Origin: Felis catus
Lineage: Eukaryota
Length of the DNA: 64,000 bases
Reading direction: 5' to 3'
Assembly (NCBI RefSeq): GCF_018350175.1
Contig: NC_058368.1
Location: 101,558,001 to 101,622,000 of the forward strand
Position numbers and translations under genes: made by a program. Shown piece by piece: positions 48,194 to 61,849 of this stretch. The notes under the pieces were generated by a model that saw only the letters and a list, made by a program, of their open reading frames with translations, did not search any database and was not told where the DNA came from. The first letter of the stretch is position 1; every line of letters starts with the position of its first letter.

Positions 48194-50650
48194 CTCTGGA
48201 CACAGACAGATCATGGGGAGTTACTTACGTGTTCATCTGCTGTCTTGTGATTAAAAATCATCTCCGTAGTGACCACATACATTTTCGAGGACTCACTCGT
48301 AGAAACAAAAATGTCATACATACTTTCATACTTCATTTTGTGGTTGTCTTACATTCATATTTTTTTCTAATTTAACTTTTATGGAAGCTTTAAAGTTTTG
48401 TCGAAACACGAGTGCTTTGCCCGTCGATGAACGGAATGGACCAATGAGGTGGTGTCGATGAATACCGTTCTGAGGACATTTTTCAGAAGCTCTCCTCCTG
48501 TTATAGAAAAAGCAGTACAGTATCTTCAGTGTCAGCCAGTTATATACCTGATCTGGTTTTTGATAACTTCTGTAAGAGCATAATCAAACAGGAATGTCCC
48601 TCCTCCCCCCCCGCCCCCCCTCCCCCCCGCCCGGTGGATCGTGCAACAGAGAAGACACCGTTGCCCCCAAATGTAAAAGAAGTTATTTTACGGGACGTTC
48701 CTTTCTTGTGTGGCATCTGCATCGATTTCAGTATTACTGACGGTACGGCTGTGCGTGAGTCATATTAACATTCTCTCTGTGAAATCATGGTACAGTCACT
48801 GCCCAGAGGTACTGAGGAAAAACGCTCTCGGGGTGCGGCCGATGGTAGGTGGTAAAATGGAGTCACGAGTCGCGTGGTAAATACGAGCTCTGCTTTTGTT
48901 GCACCACTTTGTGAAGTTCAGTGTTGCTGAAGTGGCAAAAGCGCTTTTTTTTAAAAGAAAAAAAAAAAAGCAAAATATTTGTATAATGTAACTTTATGCT
49001 TCCAGATAATAATGTATGTTAGACAGCAAGAAGCGAATACTTTGAGAAATGAAACATGTTGGAGTTTTGTTTTTGTTTTCGTTTTTTTAAATACACTAAG
49101 GAGAAGAAATAAATGTGAATCTCATCGCGATGTGTAAGGTTGAAGTCTGAGGAGATCCCACTGAAGCCTCCTGCTGAATGATTACACTCTCCCTTAAGCA
49201 GAAAACTTCGATGTGCCATGCAGTGATGTCTGTTTGTTAATTATTTGCTCTTTGATTAAAAAAAAAAAAAAAAAGAAAAAAAAGAAAGGACCCCCAGCAA
49301 TAAAGACTGGGTCACTCTCTTGCCCTCTGTGCACATTAGCCTCTTGTATTCAACTTTGCTGGTTCTCTGGAATTTTCCTACCTTTTAGTATAATTTTGAT
49401 GAGTGAGAACTATTTTGGAAAGGATGGGTCAGGTGCTTTGCCTCCACAGTCTGTTGAAGTGCCTGCATTATGAACAAAGTTAATCGTTCTGCACAAACAG
49501 GAAGCCCAGTCTGCTCTTTTAAGTGTGCTTTGTTTGAAGCCATAAAGATACCAGGTGTATTTGGTCACAGTCTGCCAGCCAGAAGTTTCAAGCAGAGTTA
49601 AAACAAAACGACTGGCCAGAAAAAGAATCATGTTTTTCAGATCGCACACTCACCTTTCAGTTATGAAATTGTTACTTACTCTTCCCACGCAGCCCTTCCT
49701 TTGTCTTCGGGCAGCATGCCTTCAGGCGTGCTTATTTATTTTTCTTGTCGCAAGGTAACACTTAAAATGTGTAATGAAAGCAAATAAATGACATTTTTGA
49801 CTTCCTTATTGCATTTACAGGGATTTGATTGTATCCGTAATTTATTTTTCTTAGTAGCCACGAGGTCCGTGTATCGTTTTTGCTGAATTAGGTGCCCACA
49901 CAGATACCGCACATCGGGACATTGTTTATCAGCGTTGCTCTGAATCCTGCGATCGTTCCAAGTTCTCGATTTGAAAGGCCCACGCTCAGCCTAGAAGGCA
50001 TTTGCTGTATAGTTTGGTCAACAGTTTTCCATTCTGTCTGTCTGTATACTGTCACGATGTCTCAACCGACAGGAGCTCCATACTGAGGTTTTCTTTTCGT
50101 TTTGCCTTGAGCAGCCTAGATGGATGTTTTGGCCGTTATAATGTGAAACCACTTCTTTCTTTACAGTATTTGACCAAATTTGTGTGTCTATGATATTTGT
50201 AAATACATGCGATACCTGTATTTCTTATCATAAGCCTATTTAGTTTTATTCTCAGTAGGGTTTTTGGACTGTACAGTGTTTATATGATCTGAACTCCTTA
50301 TACATAAGAAGGTGTGTATATTAATCCAATTATGGACTTAAAATATTTTAAAAGTATAAATACCCTTATTTGCTGCAAAGACCAGTGTGCAGACATTTGC
50401 TTTCTAGCAATATCTTGAAGTGCTCCATTTTAACGCCAAGGAGAGAGTCTTCTGGCGACACAAACTGGTCGGTAATAGGTGATGCAGGTATGTTCAGGTT
50501 AAGCCAACAATGTTTTGCATTTTTATGCTTCTTTTCTGTCAACACTAATGAAGTCAACATTGCCTGAATGTCTGAATAATGAAACACATCCCTGTTTAAA
50601 AGTATGTAACTGAAAAAGAAATAAAAAATAAAGGTAGTTTTTTTAAACTT
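48194..50650 (+). other. CSNK1G3: CSNK1G3 3'UTR (~2.45 kb)
   Basis: No recognisable interspersed repeat; U-rich sequence from the stop to the tandem poly(A) signals; the cleavage site is inferred. Confidence 0.8.
50605..50632 (+). terminator. Probable distal polyadenylation signal
   Basis: TGTA at 50605, AATAAA at 50620 and 50627, T-rich sequence downstream. Confidence 0.8.
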
Positions 50651-52338
50651 GCTTTTTCCCCCCTTCCTCTAATCGTGGGTATAGTGATGCTACTCCTACG
50701 AATGTAAGGTGGGCATTGAAAGTCTCCCGCTTTCCACCTAGTTTCGCCTGTGTGAGATGCAGAGCCGAAGGGAGGGACGGGCTCTAGGGGTTTGCGTCTC
50801 TGTTAGGATTTTGCCTTGTTGGAGCCCCATCGTAAGAAGTACATACCGGGGAGTATCTGAGCTTGGTTTAATGAGAGTTCAAGAAAAATCCTTCTACACT
50901 TCCCTGAGCCACTTGATAGAGCACTTAATTAAAACTAATGCCGCTAATAAACCAAGGAAAAGAAACAGAATCGTTTTATTCCCTTTTAAAAATGAAGTCA
51001 TGCTCGGGTGTTCACAGAAATGAAACATCATCCGTCCAACTTTAAGTGGATGACTTTGTCACTGCAGAGGGAAAGCACAGACCTGTGACAGTGTCTCACA
51101 GTTTTGTCTCGTGCCTGGTGCTTTAAGGAGTCTCCCCGAACGGTATTCATGGTGCCGGGCTGACCGAAAGATGCTGCAGGTAAGATAAGGCAGAGCAGCA
51201 CACACGAAGCACCAGCGTTCGGAGGCAGTAGAAGGAGGTGGAGAAGAGAGCCGGTGGTCAGAAGGCGCTATGTAGAAAAACCCGGTTTCAGATGGGGGTT
51301 CAGTCTGAACGATCCCGCGAGCTGCATCTGCCAGCACCTGTGAATTGCCCGTGGCTTACGCAGGGGGGTGGAGGTTCTCACACGTAACTGAAAAGACCAG
51401 TGCGGGCCCTGGCTTCAGACGTACTTGACCCCGTCTCTCTTTGGTTTGCTCTCTGCTCTGCTGTTTTCATCGCCGGGGGGACTCTCCATGAGTGATAGTA
51501 AAGCGACCCCCCAGCAGCTTCGGACTCGCGCTTTCTTGGTAACCTCAGCCAACACAAAGGGCAACTTCTCTGAGCGGTTGGGACAGGATCCTCAGACTGA
51601 CCTTTATTGCTTGATTGGTTCGCAGGCCCACCCCTGAGCCAAGTCCTATGGCCAAGGGAATGCTGTTTTCCCACCGTCAGAGGACACTTTGGACTGAGAA
51701 GTGAGGTCCAAGGAGGTGTTACCCGAAGGGAATTGAGGGCATTGTTGCCAGAAGTTTAGGGTGATCGGAAGCCGCGCAGGCGAAACCCACAGATCGTCAC
51801 CGTTTTGGTGAGAAAAAGGAAACTGCAGCCGGAAGGCACCCCTCGTGATTTTAAGTTAGAAAAACATTTTTATTACTCTGAATGTGTTCCTAGAAATTAC
51901 ACGTAGTGAGTGAGTGCATTTGAAAAACGTTCCAGACTCGGGTAAAAACGGAGGTCCTAAGTACCTTAAATGGGGTGTTTCTGTTCTTGCTTCGTGTTTG
52001 AGGGTTTGTGCTAGAGCTGGATTCATAGAGTAAAAAGCTGATTTTTCTACGAAGAGTACAAATAAGGGGAATTAGAAAGTTCTGCGGACATTCAGGAGAA
52101 CTAGTTTCTTCTCTGCCTGCGTCTCAGGCAGAGCCGCCTGTTACTTTCTTAGGAAATTTACTTCGTGAGAATAGATGGGTCGTAACCACATATATACTTA
52201 GTTACGTGTAGAAGTATTATCCAGGAGTGTTGCTGGGATATTAAACTGCTTTTGCTACAAAGAGCAGTTGTTCACAGGGATGTTCACCGTATCACCATTG
52301 TATTTAAATGTAAAAACACCCCCCGCACTGCTCTAAAC

Positions 52339-54650
52339 TGAGGGTCAGCACATTTTTGTCAAGTTCAGGCTTTGTGGGCCAAGAGACAAAAAAGGATCTC
52401 CTATACTCCTGTAACTGGAAAGAAAACAAATTTCCACGAATTTTTCTATTGATGAAATCCAAACTATATATAAATACCCGAGAACACTATTTTTCTTTGT
52501 AAGACAAGTTTACTAATGATAAGAGCTGGGTTATTTTGAGGGGATCATATTTCACTTAATTGGGGTTTGAAGTCGTGGCAAATGTTCATCTGTGACACCG
52601 ATTCGTAATGGGATTTTACCTATTTCCTCTTTGAAAATGGCTTCACGCAGGTGGATGGCACCAAGTAATGTTATCAGTCCTCACATGTACGATTTTAATT
52701 GAGCGGGTTTATCATTTGGAAGGTATCTATAGAATTCCATGAGATTCCACTTTTGACATTTGCCTTTTGGTGTATCATTCCTTTGCACGTATAATCGCCT
52801 CCTGTTAAAGGCTAAGTAAATGTTCTTCAGTGCTACAATTAGATGGCTTTTGAAGATGGGAATATCCTTTGAACTCACATTGAGACCCAAAAGTCCGGCT
52901 GGAACTGTAGCTGAGTTTGGAAAATAGATACACTGCAGATTTGTGTGGGAATGGACCTTTGGCTCCATTTGAACTTGTGACAGCATGTGGGAAGTTGGGT
53001 CAAGCAGGTTGACACCACTTGTCATTTACACGTTAGCCGTCCCCACATTGACTCGACTGCGTGCGGTATCCGTGTCATGGAAGTGCTATTCTGCCTTGTC
53101 ACTTTCAGTTGAGTTTCTTAAGAAACATGATCACATCTGCAGCACAAGCAAAATTCAGGGTTCGTGTCTAATAGGCAAAGGTGGCGCTCGCTCAGAAAAT
53201 TTTGTCCTGGTCCTGAGCGGAAAACATCACCGTAAAACTTGACCACGGCCATCACAGTGCTGCGTCGCTGGGCAAGTCAGGATACTCCGTTTGTATTTCT
53301 GACAGAACTTAATGGAAGGAAGTGATGATGGCTTAGACCACAGGGCTGAATTCACTCGTCTATACTAGTTCAATAACACGACAAACGCACATATTTTCCA
53401 CAGACCACCTGCTCACGAGTAATATAAAACATATACATGGACCTTAAACATTTTACAGTTTTACAAGCTTTGTAAATGTGTGCAGGATACCTTTTCCACT
53501 CCACACATTTTTACCGCCAAGCATTTGCGGCCACACATCTTAGCAGATTCCGTTTCATTTTGCACCGAATGGGTGTTTTCTCAAGTTCCTTAAAAATATT
53601 CGTTGATACAGTTGCTTCACAGAGGCTGTTCATAAAGGCTAGGTCTTGAGTCACTGCACGCTTAGCATTGACTTCTCTAGTAAACAAAAACTGGGCAGTG
53701 TTGAGAATGTCTGTTGACTCATCAAAGCTAAGGACAACTGCTTGAAATCATTGGCCTTGGTTTCTGGTTGACTGTCGGTGACTTCGAGGCTTCCGAGCAC
53801 CTGTTCTTGCTGGAAAGCTAGCGTTGAACAAATTTATTTTCTCTGGACATACTTTCCGGCTCCTGCAATCAAATAAAGTTTAGCCCACCGTCAATAAACA
53901 GCTCTGTTTGGCTAACAGTGAGCCCCTGGGAAGTAACTTCGCTTGGCTGCACCCCTCGTCCTCATTTTTTGTGTCTGTGAAGGAATTCTACTGTGATGAA
54001 CTATTCTGTTTAAAGTCTTCTAACTTTTCTGACCGTGGCTGTCCTGTGAGCCGGGGGATATTGCGATGAGTGCTCAGTCCGATAATGTCACGCTAAATCG
54101 TATTCCTTTCGCACAGCTAAAGTGTCACTGCATAATAAACACGATGCTTTGCCATCTAATTGTATAACAGGTAATCCACATTTCACTGTGCCTTACAAGT
54201 GCTACACTTAAAAGTTCACTCTACTTTTTTTTTCACCTGATTAATATGCATTAGTAATAAAAAATAGGACAGTGTCTATGTGACAATATGTGTGGCACTT
54301 GAACTGCTGTCGAATTAATAGCTGCATCTTTGAGATTTGTAGTGTGTTGAACAGCAGTGTGAAACCATGAGAATACCACGTATGGTCTCTGTCACGACTA
54401 TTCACCTCTGCCTTTGGAACATGAAAGCAGCCATAGACAATATGTAAATGAATGAGCATGGCTGTGTTCCAATAAAACTTTATTTGTGGACACTGAAATT
54501 TGAATTTCATATAATTCTTACGTGTCACGAAATATTCTTTGGATTTTCTTCAACCTCTTGTAAAACTAAATGCCACCGTTAGCCCGTGGACCAAATCCAA
54601 GTAGGAGGTGGGCTGGATTTGACTTGCAGACCATAGTGTGCCAACCTCTG
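52339..54650 (-). mobile_element. Near-full-length fossil hAT-Charlie DNA transposon (Cheshire/MER58-type) with decayed transposase
   Basis: Degenerate terminal inverted repeats; 8-bp flanks ctctaaac / ttctagtc; minus-strand remnants of DESTD, RW..G.VL and FSK.K.VKSHY..TDEH motifs; MER58-like right arm. Confidence 0.8.
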
Positions 54651-55607
54651 TTCTAGTCCACGTTGGACAGATTTGGCCCCTTATCTTGTCATCTAATTGA
54701 ATGTCCCTACTTACCAAAAGAGAACCTATCTTCCCTTTGTAAAAGGAAGGGCCATTTGGAAATAGCGTCAAGGATTACGATGATGCTAAGAGGCACCCCA
54801 GTGCATATGGGAGTTGGAAACAATGCCAGTGACCTATCTGGCTCCCATATGAAGTTAGATGTTGAAGCAGGAAGGAGCATGAATTTTGAGATCAGACACA
54901 TTTAATAGGATTCTCACTTCTTCACTGAACTCCTCAGAACGGTGGCAAGTTATTTGAATCCTTTGCTTCGGTGTCCTCACCTCCAACTGGAGATAATGCC
55001 TTCTTCCAGCACGGCTCTGAGGCTCAGCGGTAATATTTATAATAGCTCTTAACGCAAGGTACCTTTCACCATCCCCCTTATAACAGTTTAAAACTGAGCA
55101 ACACCTTGATTTCTCATGCAGGGAATGTGCTTCTGGTCTTTGAGACGGGAGTAAGGTCTGGTGTTTATCAAATTTTGTCTTGGATGGAAGCCATCATTCC
55201 TATCTCTTTAAAAAGACTTGCCACCTCATCCTGTCACATCACACAGTTGGCTCTCTTGCCTCACTTAATGGCATTGATAAATTCAGAACCGTCTACGCTA
55301 TGCCTTTGTTGATAAAAATGTCAGGCTGCAGAGAGCCAGGACACAAAGCCGTGTCACGTGACTGTCATCATCGCTTAAGGTCAGTATCCGTTCACTGAAC
55401 CAATAACACAACCTCTCAGCATGCCAATGTATGATACTCCTCCACCAGCTTCTTACCCATGCTTTGCAGAAATCCACGGGAAGAGTTTAGTTTATTTCTT
55501 TTGTCCCATCAAAAAAAAAATAGGAACTGCATTTACTCTGTTAGGACTTTTCCTGGTCAATCCACGTGTACTGCCAATCACCATTTCTGTTTCTACTGTT
55601 ATAATTT

Positions 55608-58600
55608 CTTTTAATGCTTATTTTTGAGAGAGAGAGAGACAGAGTGTGAGCAGGAGAGGGGCAGAGAGGGAGGGAGACCCAGAATCCAGAGTGGGCTCCG
55701 GGCTCTGAGCTGTCAGCACAGAGCCCGATGTGGGGCTCCGTCCCACGAACCGCGAGATCATGACCTGAGTCAAAGTCAGATGCTTAACCGACTGAGCCAC
55801 CCAAGCGCCCCTCTATTTCTAATATTATAAATTGCCTTTTTAAATAATACACTCTGAATCTTATTTAGGATCAACAGTATCAGTCTGTAGCTGTATAATG
55901 CACCTTTTTCTTTTTTTTTTTTTTTTTAATAAAAATTTCATTTCCCGTCTCTATTCTATCTTTCTCCGTTTACCACCTGCACGGTCTCTCGGTATGAACT
56001 CTCTCCAGATCTGAAGACTTAGTTCTCCTTTTTAAACATCTGTACCTGTGATGACCTTCATTTCCTTCTTGCCATATCTGCCCCCTTAACTTTCCTGGCT
56101 GAAGGTTATTCTCGACGCTTAAAAAAAAACAAAAGTAAGGGTTGTAGAAAAAAATGTAATAAGCGAGGCTTACATTCTCTTTGTCGTCCTCCTGTGGTCC
56201 TTTTTCTTCATCCAGCTCGACACACGGTTTCCAAAACCCCTTTTTGTTGTTGGCTTTAGTCTTTATTTTTTGTTTCTTTACAAATCCTCACCTAATTTCG
56301 AAAACCCCAACTGAGACGTTACCTTTTCTCATATTCATTTGCTATGCACGCTATTGCATCACTGGTACGGATTCTTCTAAAGGCTGAGCTTGTCAGAAGA
56401 GTCACTTTTTTTTTCTTTCTTTCTTTTTTTTTTTTTTTGGCGAGCTTATTCCTTTTCTTTCCTTATCAGGACCATTTTTAATAGCAGAACTGGAATCACA
56501 GTCTCGAGCTCCCTTCACGAGGTATCACACATCTTAACATGAGATGCTCGCGTTCTCTCCAGGTGCTCGACACTTCTACTTTATCATTCAGTTCCTTCTT
56601 GCTGGTCATTTTTGGGGCCTAGAGTAGTTGCTTCGATTTTTGCTATCTCTCCTTGCTGGGAGATTAGGTTTTCGGCATATAAGAAAGTCGTCAGATGCTC
56701 TGGTTTTAGGGGACAAAAAAGATAATTGTTCGGACTTTTGGTATTCTCTGTCACGGCTAAAGGTTACGTGTCCCTATTCTCTGTTCTTTTATTGTTTATT
56801 TATTTACTTTTGAGAGAGGCAGAGACAGCGTGAGTGGGAGAGGGGGCCAGAGAGACAGGGAGAGTCAGAGAATCCCAAGCAGGCTGTGTGCTGTCATTGT
56901 GAAGCCGGATGCGGGACTTGAACTCACCAACTGCGAGATCGTGATCTGAGCAGAGACCGAGGGTCAGACGCTTAACCGACTGAGCCACCCAGGCCCCCCT
57001 CCCTATTTCGTGTTCTTTTAATTAAAGTTTATGTATGCAATCTTTTTTTTTTTTTTTTTTTTTTTTCACACTTAGCACCTTGCCTGATTTCCTTTCTCTG
57101 TCCTGGCATTCTGCAATGAATGTTCATAACCGTATCCCTGTTTTCCCTCTCTTCTTGGCCTGGATATTTTCCACAGTGCCTTTTATCTTGGGTGTCCTCA
57201 ACTTCAGTGCCGGTGTATATCATCCGAGAACCTTCCCCAGCATCTCCCTTCTTATGCGAGTGTTCCAGTCGGAAGCCTTGCACTCACTGGCCGTGACCCC
57301 TCGGTCATATTCATCGCGTTCTGCTTCTACCTGAGTCTTCCTGCTCGTAGCTCCTGTCTGTGGTTACTGTTTTCAGAGTTACTGCTGAATGCTCTGCTTG
57401 CGTGAATTACTGGGCCATCTCGAGCCTGGTAATGTACGTAACAGCCCCTTGCGTGGTTTTCAGCTGCTCTTTTGGCCTTTGTCCTCGTTCAGTTTAAAAC
57501 TTGCTTTCACAAGTCAAATATGCTCCTCCCAGCATCTCATGAGATAACACTCTAAGCCATCTTAAATTGTGCCTTGGAAATTAAAATCTCATTAAAATTT
57601 TTTTTAACGTGTACTTATTTTTGAGAGAGAGAGAGAGAGCGAGCGAGCGAGCATATGAGTTGGGAACGGGCAGAGAGAGAGGGAGACACAGAATCTGAAG
57701 CAGGCTCCAGGCTCTGAGCTGTCAGCACAGAACCCGACACGGGGCTTGAGCTTATGAACCGCGAGATCATGACCTGAGCTGAAATCAAGAATTGAACGTT
57801 TAACCAGCTGAGCCACTCAGGCACCCCTGTAATTTATTTTATTTTTTTTTAATTTTTTTTTCAACGTTTTTATTTATTTTTGGGACAGAGAAAGACAGAG
57901 CATGAACGGGGGAGGGGCAGAGAGAGAGGGAGACACAGAATCGGAAACAGGCTCCAGGCTCTCAGCCATCAGCCCAGAGCCCGACGCGGGGCTCGAACTC
58001 ACGGACCGCGAGATCGTGACCTGGCTGAAGTCGGATGCTTAACCGACTGCGCCACCCAGGCGCCCCCCCCCCGTAATTTATTTTAATGTCAAATTAGGTA
58101 AGTTACCCACATTTTCATGCTTATTTTTTTTAATGACTGAGTAGTTTTTATTGAGGTAAAATTTATTGAGGTGTATAACAGTGTGCTAGTTTTGGGTGTT
58201 CAACATAATAATTCAATATTTGTATGGGGCACCTGGGTGGCTCAGTTGGTTCAGGGTCTCAATTTGGCCCAGGTCCTGATCTCGCGGTTGGTGAGTTTGG
58301 GTGCCACATCGGGCTCTGTGCTGACAGCTCAGTTTTGGGTTCTCAGTTTTGGGTTCTGTGTCTCCCTCTCTCTCTGCCCCTCCCCTGCTTGCGCTCTGTC
58401 TCTCTCTCTCTCTCAAAAATAAATACGTGTTAAAAGATGTTTAAATAATTCAATATTTGTATACGCTACAATGTGATTAATGCAAGAAGTCTAATTACTA
58501 TTCATCGCCATGCTATTCACCCTTGCGTGTTTACCTTTTGACCTTAAAATTCATTTTTTTTTTTAGGGTAAAAAAATACTCCTTTATGAAGTATTTTTTT

Positions 58601-58734
58601 GGACTCACACTTAATCTATGGATTGCTTTATGGGGATTTAAAATCAATGAAGAGTCGTCTTATGTAATAACAGAGTATGCATATTATATTAATTTACTTG
58701 GTTGTATTATTATTTTTTATTTATTGTTTTTTGA

Positions 58735-58776
<42 letters not shown>

Positions 58777-60128
58777 ACACAGGAGGGGCAGAAAGAGAGG
58801 GAGACAGAATCCCAAGCAGGCTCCACACTGTCAGTGCAGAGCCTGATCTGATGCGGGGCTTGAACTCAGGAACTGTGTGATCATGACCTGAGCCAAAACC
58901 GAGAATCAGATGTTTAACCACCTGCAGACAGCCAGTCTTCCAGCTGTCATTTTCCCGATTATTCTCAAGTCCCAAATTTATGTTATTTGCCTTCATTTGT
59001 GCAAAAAACTTGGTGGGGAGGACAATTTCTCCATCAGCCTTTTGCCCTTGGGCCTTATGGCCCTGCCTCACTGTCTTCTGTCAGTGGGAGCTCCATGGAA
59101 AGTGAACTCACTTCTCTCTGAGATAACTTGGGGTTTTTTTTTTTAACCTGGTGCTCATGGTATCTTTTGAGTTCCTCTTTAAAATCTTGGGGTTGAGGGG
59201 CACCTGGGAGGCTCATTTGGTTGGGCGCCTGACTTCTGCTCAGGTCATGATCTCATAGTTCAAGAGTTCGAGCCCTCCGTTGGGCTCTGTGCTGACAGCT
59301 CAGAGCCTGGAGCCTGCTTTGGATTCTGTGTCTCCCTCTCTCCCTGCCCCTCCCCCACTCATGCTCTCTTTCTCTCTCTTAAAAATAAACATTAAAAAAA
59401 AATTAAAACCTTGGGGTTGATTGTTTTTTTATCAGCTTTGGAGGAACAAAATACACCTTTTCAAACTTTATATTTCAGGAAAGTTTTTTACCCCCTATTG
59501 TTATCTTCTCCTTTTTCTTTTTTTTCTTTTTTTATTTTTTTAATGTCTATTTATTTTCAAGAGCCAGAGAGAGACAGAGCGCAAGCAGGGGAGGGCCAGA
59601 GAGAGAGGGAGACACAGAGTCCAAAGCAGGCTCCAGGCTCTGAGCTGGCAGCACAGAGGCCGACGTGGGGCTCAAACCCACAAACCGTGAGGTCACGACT
59701 GAGCCACCCTGGTGCCCCTCGTTTGATTTCGTTCGGTGTTATCAGCATGATTCGTCTTGTTCGTGCCTTTTCATTAGTGTCAGTGCTCCTTATTGATGCT
59801 TCTTATGTTTCATACATTTAAATTACAATTTTATTTTCCTATTTATTGCATTAATTTTTAAAATTTGTATTATATATATTATATTATATTATATTATATT
59901 ATATTATATTATATTATAGAGAGAGAGAGATGCAAGTGGGGGAAAGGGGCAGAGGGAGAGGGAGAGAGAGTCTTAAGCATGTTCCACACCCAACATGGAG
60001 CCCAATGTGGGGCTCGATCCCATGACCCGAGCCAAACTCAAGAGTTGGGTGCACAACTGACTGAGCCACCCAGGGGCCCCTATTTCATTCATTATATATA
60101 AAAGCTCCCTACCACCTTCAACTGTTTG

Positions 60129-60176
<48 letters not shown>

Positions 60177-61805
60177 TATATTTGGTACCATGGCGTATAT
60201 ATGCTTTGCGATAGAGTGTTTCTGGTATAGCCCCTGGCTGTCTTTTAAATTTTCTTCTTGAAATGTTTTAAAATATATTTTAGCATTTTTCTTGGCATAT
60301 CTCTTTACATAGTTCATGTTGGCTTCTGTGTAGTAATTATCTTAGAATTAAGGCTTTTGAAAAAAAAAAAGGAGAGGGGAAAACTGAGTGGCTTGGCAAA
60401 ATAAAAGAGTTCGAGCCCTTTGAAAAAGGAGCATTGAGAAGTGATGAAAAAGCCTAAAGGTGAAATGATGAAACGGCAGAAAGAGCTGGGAGAGCTCAAA
60501 AAGAAGTGGGAGAGAAAAATAAAACCCTAAGAGAAATCAAGACAACATTAGACGCTGCAAAGAATAGAGCAGACAGCCGCAAAATACAGTCGGTGATGAA
60601 TAGAAAAGGCTGGGAACTCCATTTTTTTACTGGGCCATCTATTTCTTTGAAGATAAAGTGTAGCGGAAGGGCCCCTGGAGTAAGCTGGCTTAACTAATTG
60701 TCACTGTAGATCTTACAGATGAAAGATCGTCACCCCTTGTGGGTTGGATTCTGCCGTTATCTGGTAGACCTTCTCTAGGGGTCATACTGAAAATTCCCGT
60801 GCCACGGATGTCTTGTGTCCTGATTTCGTGGGTACGTCTCGTCTCACCAGGAACTGGTGACGGTCCTCCATCAGGTAGATTTTTCTTCCAGTATGTCACG
60901 TTTTCCTTACTTACCTCCATCTCCCTCACCAGTTGGTTGTCAGAGGGCTATAGGCATCCTCACGTGTTCCGTCACGCCCCAACACCTCACCTTTGCAAGT
61001 AAGGAGTTGTTGATGTCACTTCCTCATCTGTTGACCTCTCTGTAATGCTGGAGATCTGCAGAATCCTGTGGCTGCTCCCAGCTTTCTCTGTCACAGAGGG
61101 CAGGCCCTCCCTGCCCTTGTCACCTTCTAGAAGGGAGCTACTGAGTTAATGACATAATGACCCTTTAAGTCAGAAACACTAGAATCCGACTTTATTTTTA
61201 TTGCGTGTCGTAGGCCATGGAAAAGTGCCAGGGAAGCATGAGAGGCATCTGTCTACAGGGGAAGAAACTCAAGAGGGAAGAAGTATTGCCTGGTTGCTCC
61301 GGGCCTGGACTCTCCCAGTCAAAGACCCTGGTGTTCTCCTAATGACTCTGTGCTTCTGTGGTTCCTGACACCGTCCTGAACAAGGTGAGATGTCAACAGT
61401 TCCAGATCAATTGGTTGGTAAGACCTGGAGTTAGGAGGGCTGTCCACAGATTAAGGTAAGTCCCAGGTATTCAGGTGGTTGGCAAATCCCAGAAACACCT
61501 CTCTGTTCCCCAGCTTATCTTAAATTATTGGACCATGCCCATCAAATGTGCCCCTCCATAAAATAGCTGCTGAATGAAGGAGCACTTTGAATTTTTTTTT
61601 TTCAACGTTTGTTTATTTTTGGGACAGAGAGAGACAGAGCATGAACGGGGGAGGGGCAGAGAGAGAGGGAGACACAGAATCGGAAACAGGCTCCAGGCTC
61701 TGAGCCATCAGCCCAGAGCCTGACGCGGGGCTCGAACTCACGGACCGCGAGATCGTGACCTGGCTGAAGTCGGACGCTTAACCGACTGCGCCACCCAGGC
61801 GCCCC
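55608..61805. mobile_element. Cluster of ten CanSINEs: 55608-55812(-), 56788-56999(-), 57598-57827(-), 57832-58070(-), 58226-58440(+), 58715-58925(-), 59197-59406(+), 59515-59718(-), 59866-60080(-), 61591-61805(-)
   Basis: Consensus heads and tails; last copy has perfect TSD tgaaggagcactttga. Confidence 0.9.
60132..60175. repeat. (TG)n microsatellite
   Basis: Direct reading. Confidence 0.95.
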
Positions 61806-61849
61806 TGAAGGAGCACTTTGATTCCCTTCTAGGACTTGAGTCATGCTTC

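Larger units (their letters stand above)
1..50650 (+). other. CSNK1G3: Casein kinase I gamma-3 gene, partial (5' exons upstream of window); transcription unit to the probable poly(A) site
   Basis: Spliced exons give CK1 kinase motifs ([47 protein letters not shown]) and the gamma-3 C-terminus ...[24 protein letters not shown]. All introns are GT-AG with matching phases. Confidence 0.96.

Noticed and set aside
1..50650. Antisense bias of intronic SINEs (about 15 minus versus 5 plus) as selection against poly(A) signals
   Set aside because: The same bias (8 of 10) continues downstream of the gene, so it is not clearly gene-driven.
52681..53025. 114-aa ORF as a domesticated transposase gene
   Set aside because: Neighbouring motifs are broken by stops and frameshifts; it is a fossil.
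42..61844. Many 60-115 aa ORFs with MAQSVK.../GAPGWLS.../RERGRHRI motifs
   Set aside because: Translations of CanSINE consensus in various frames.
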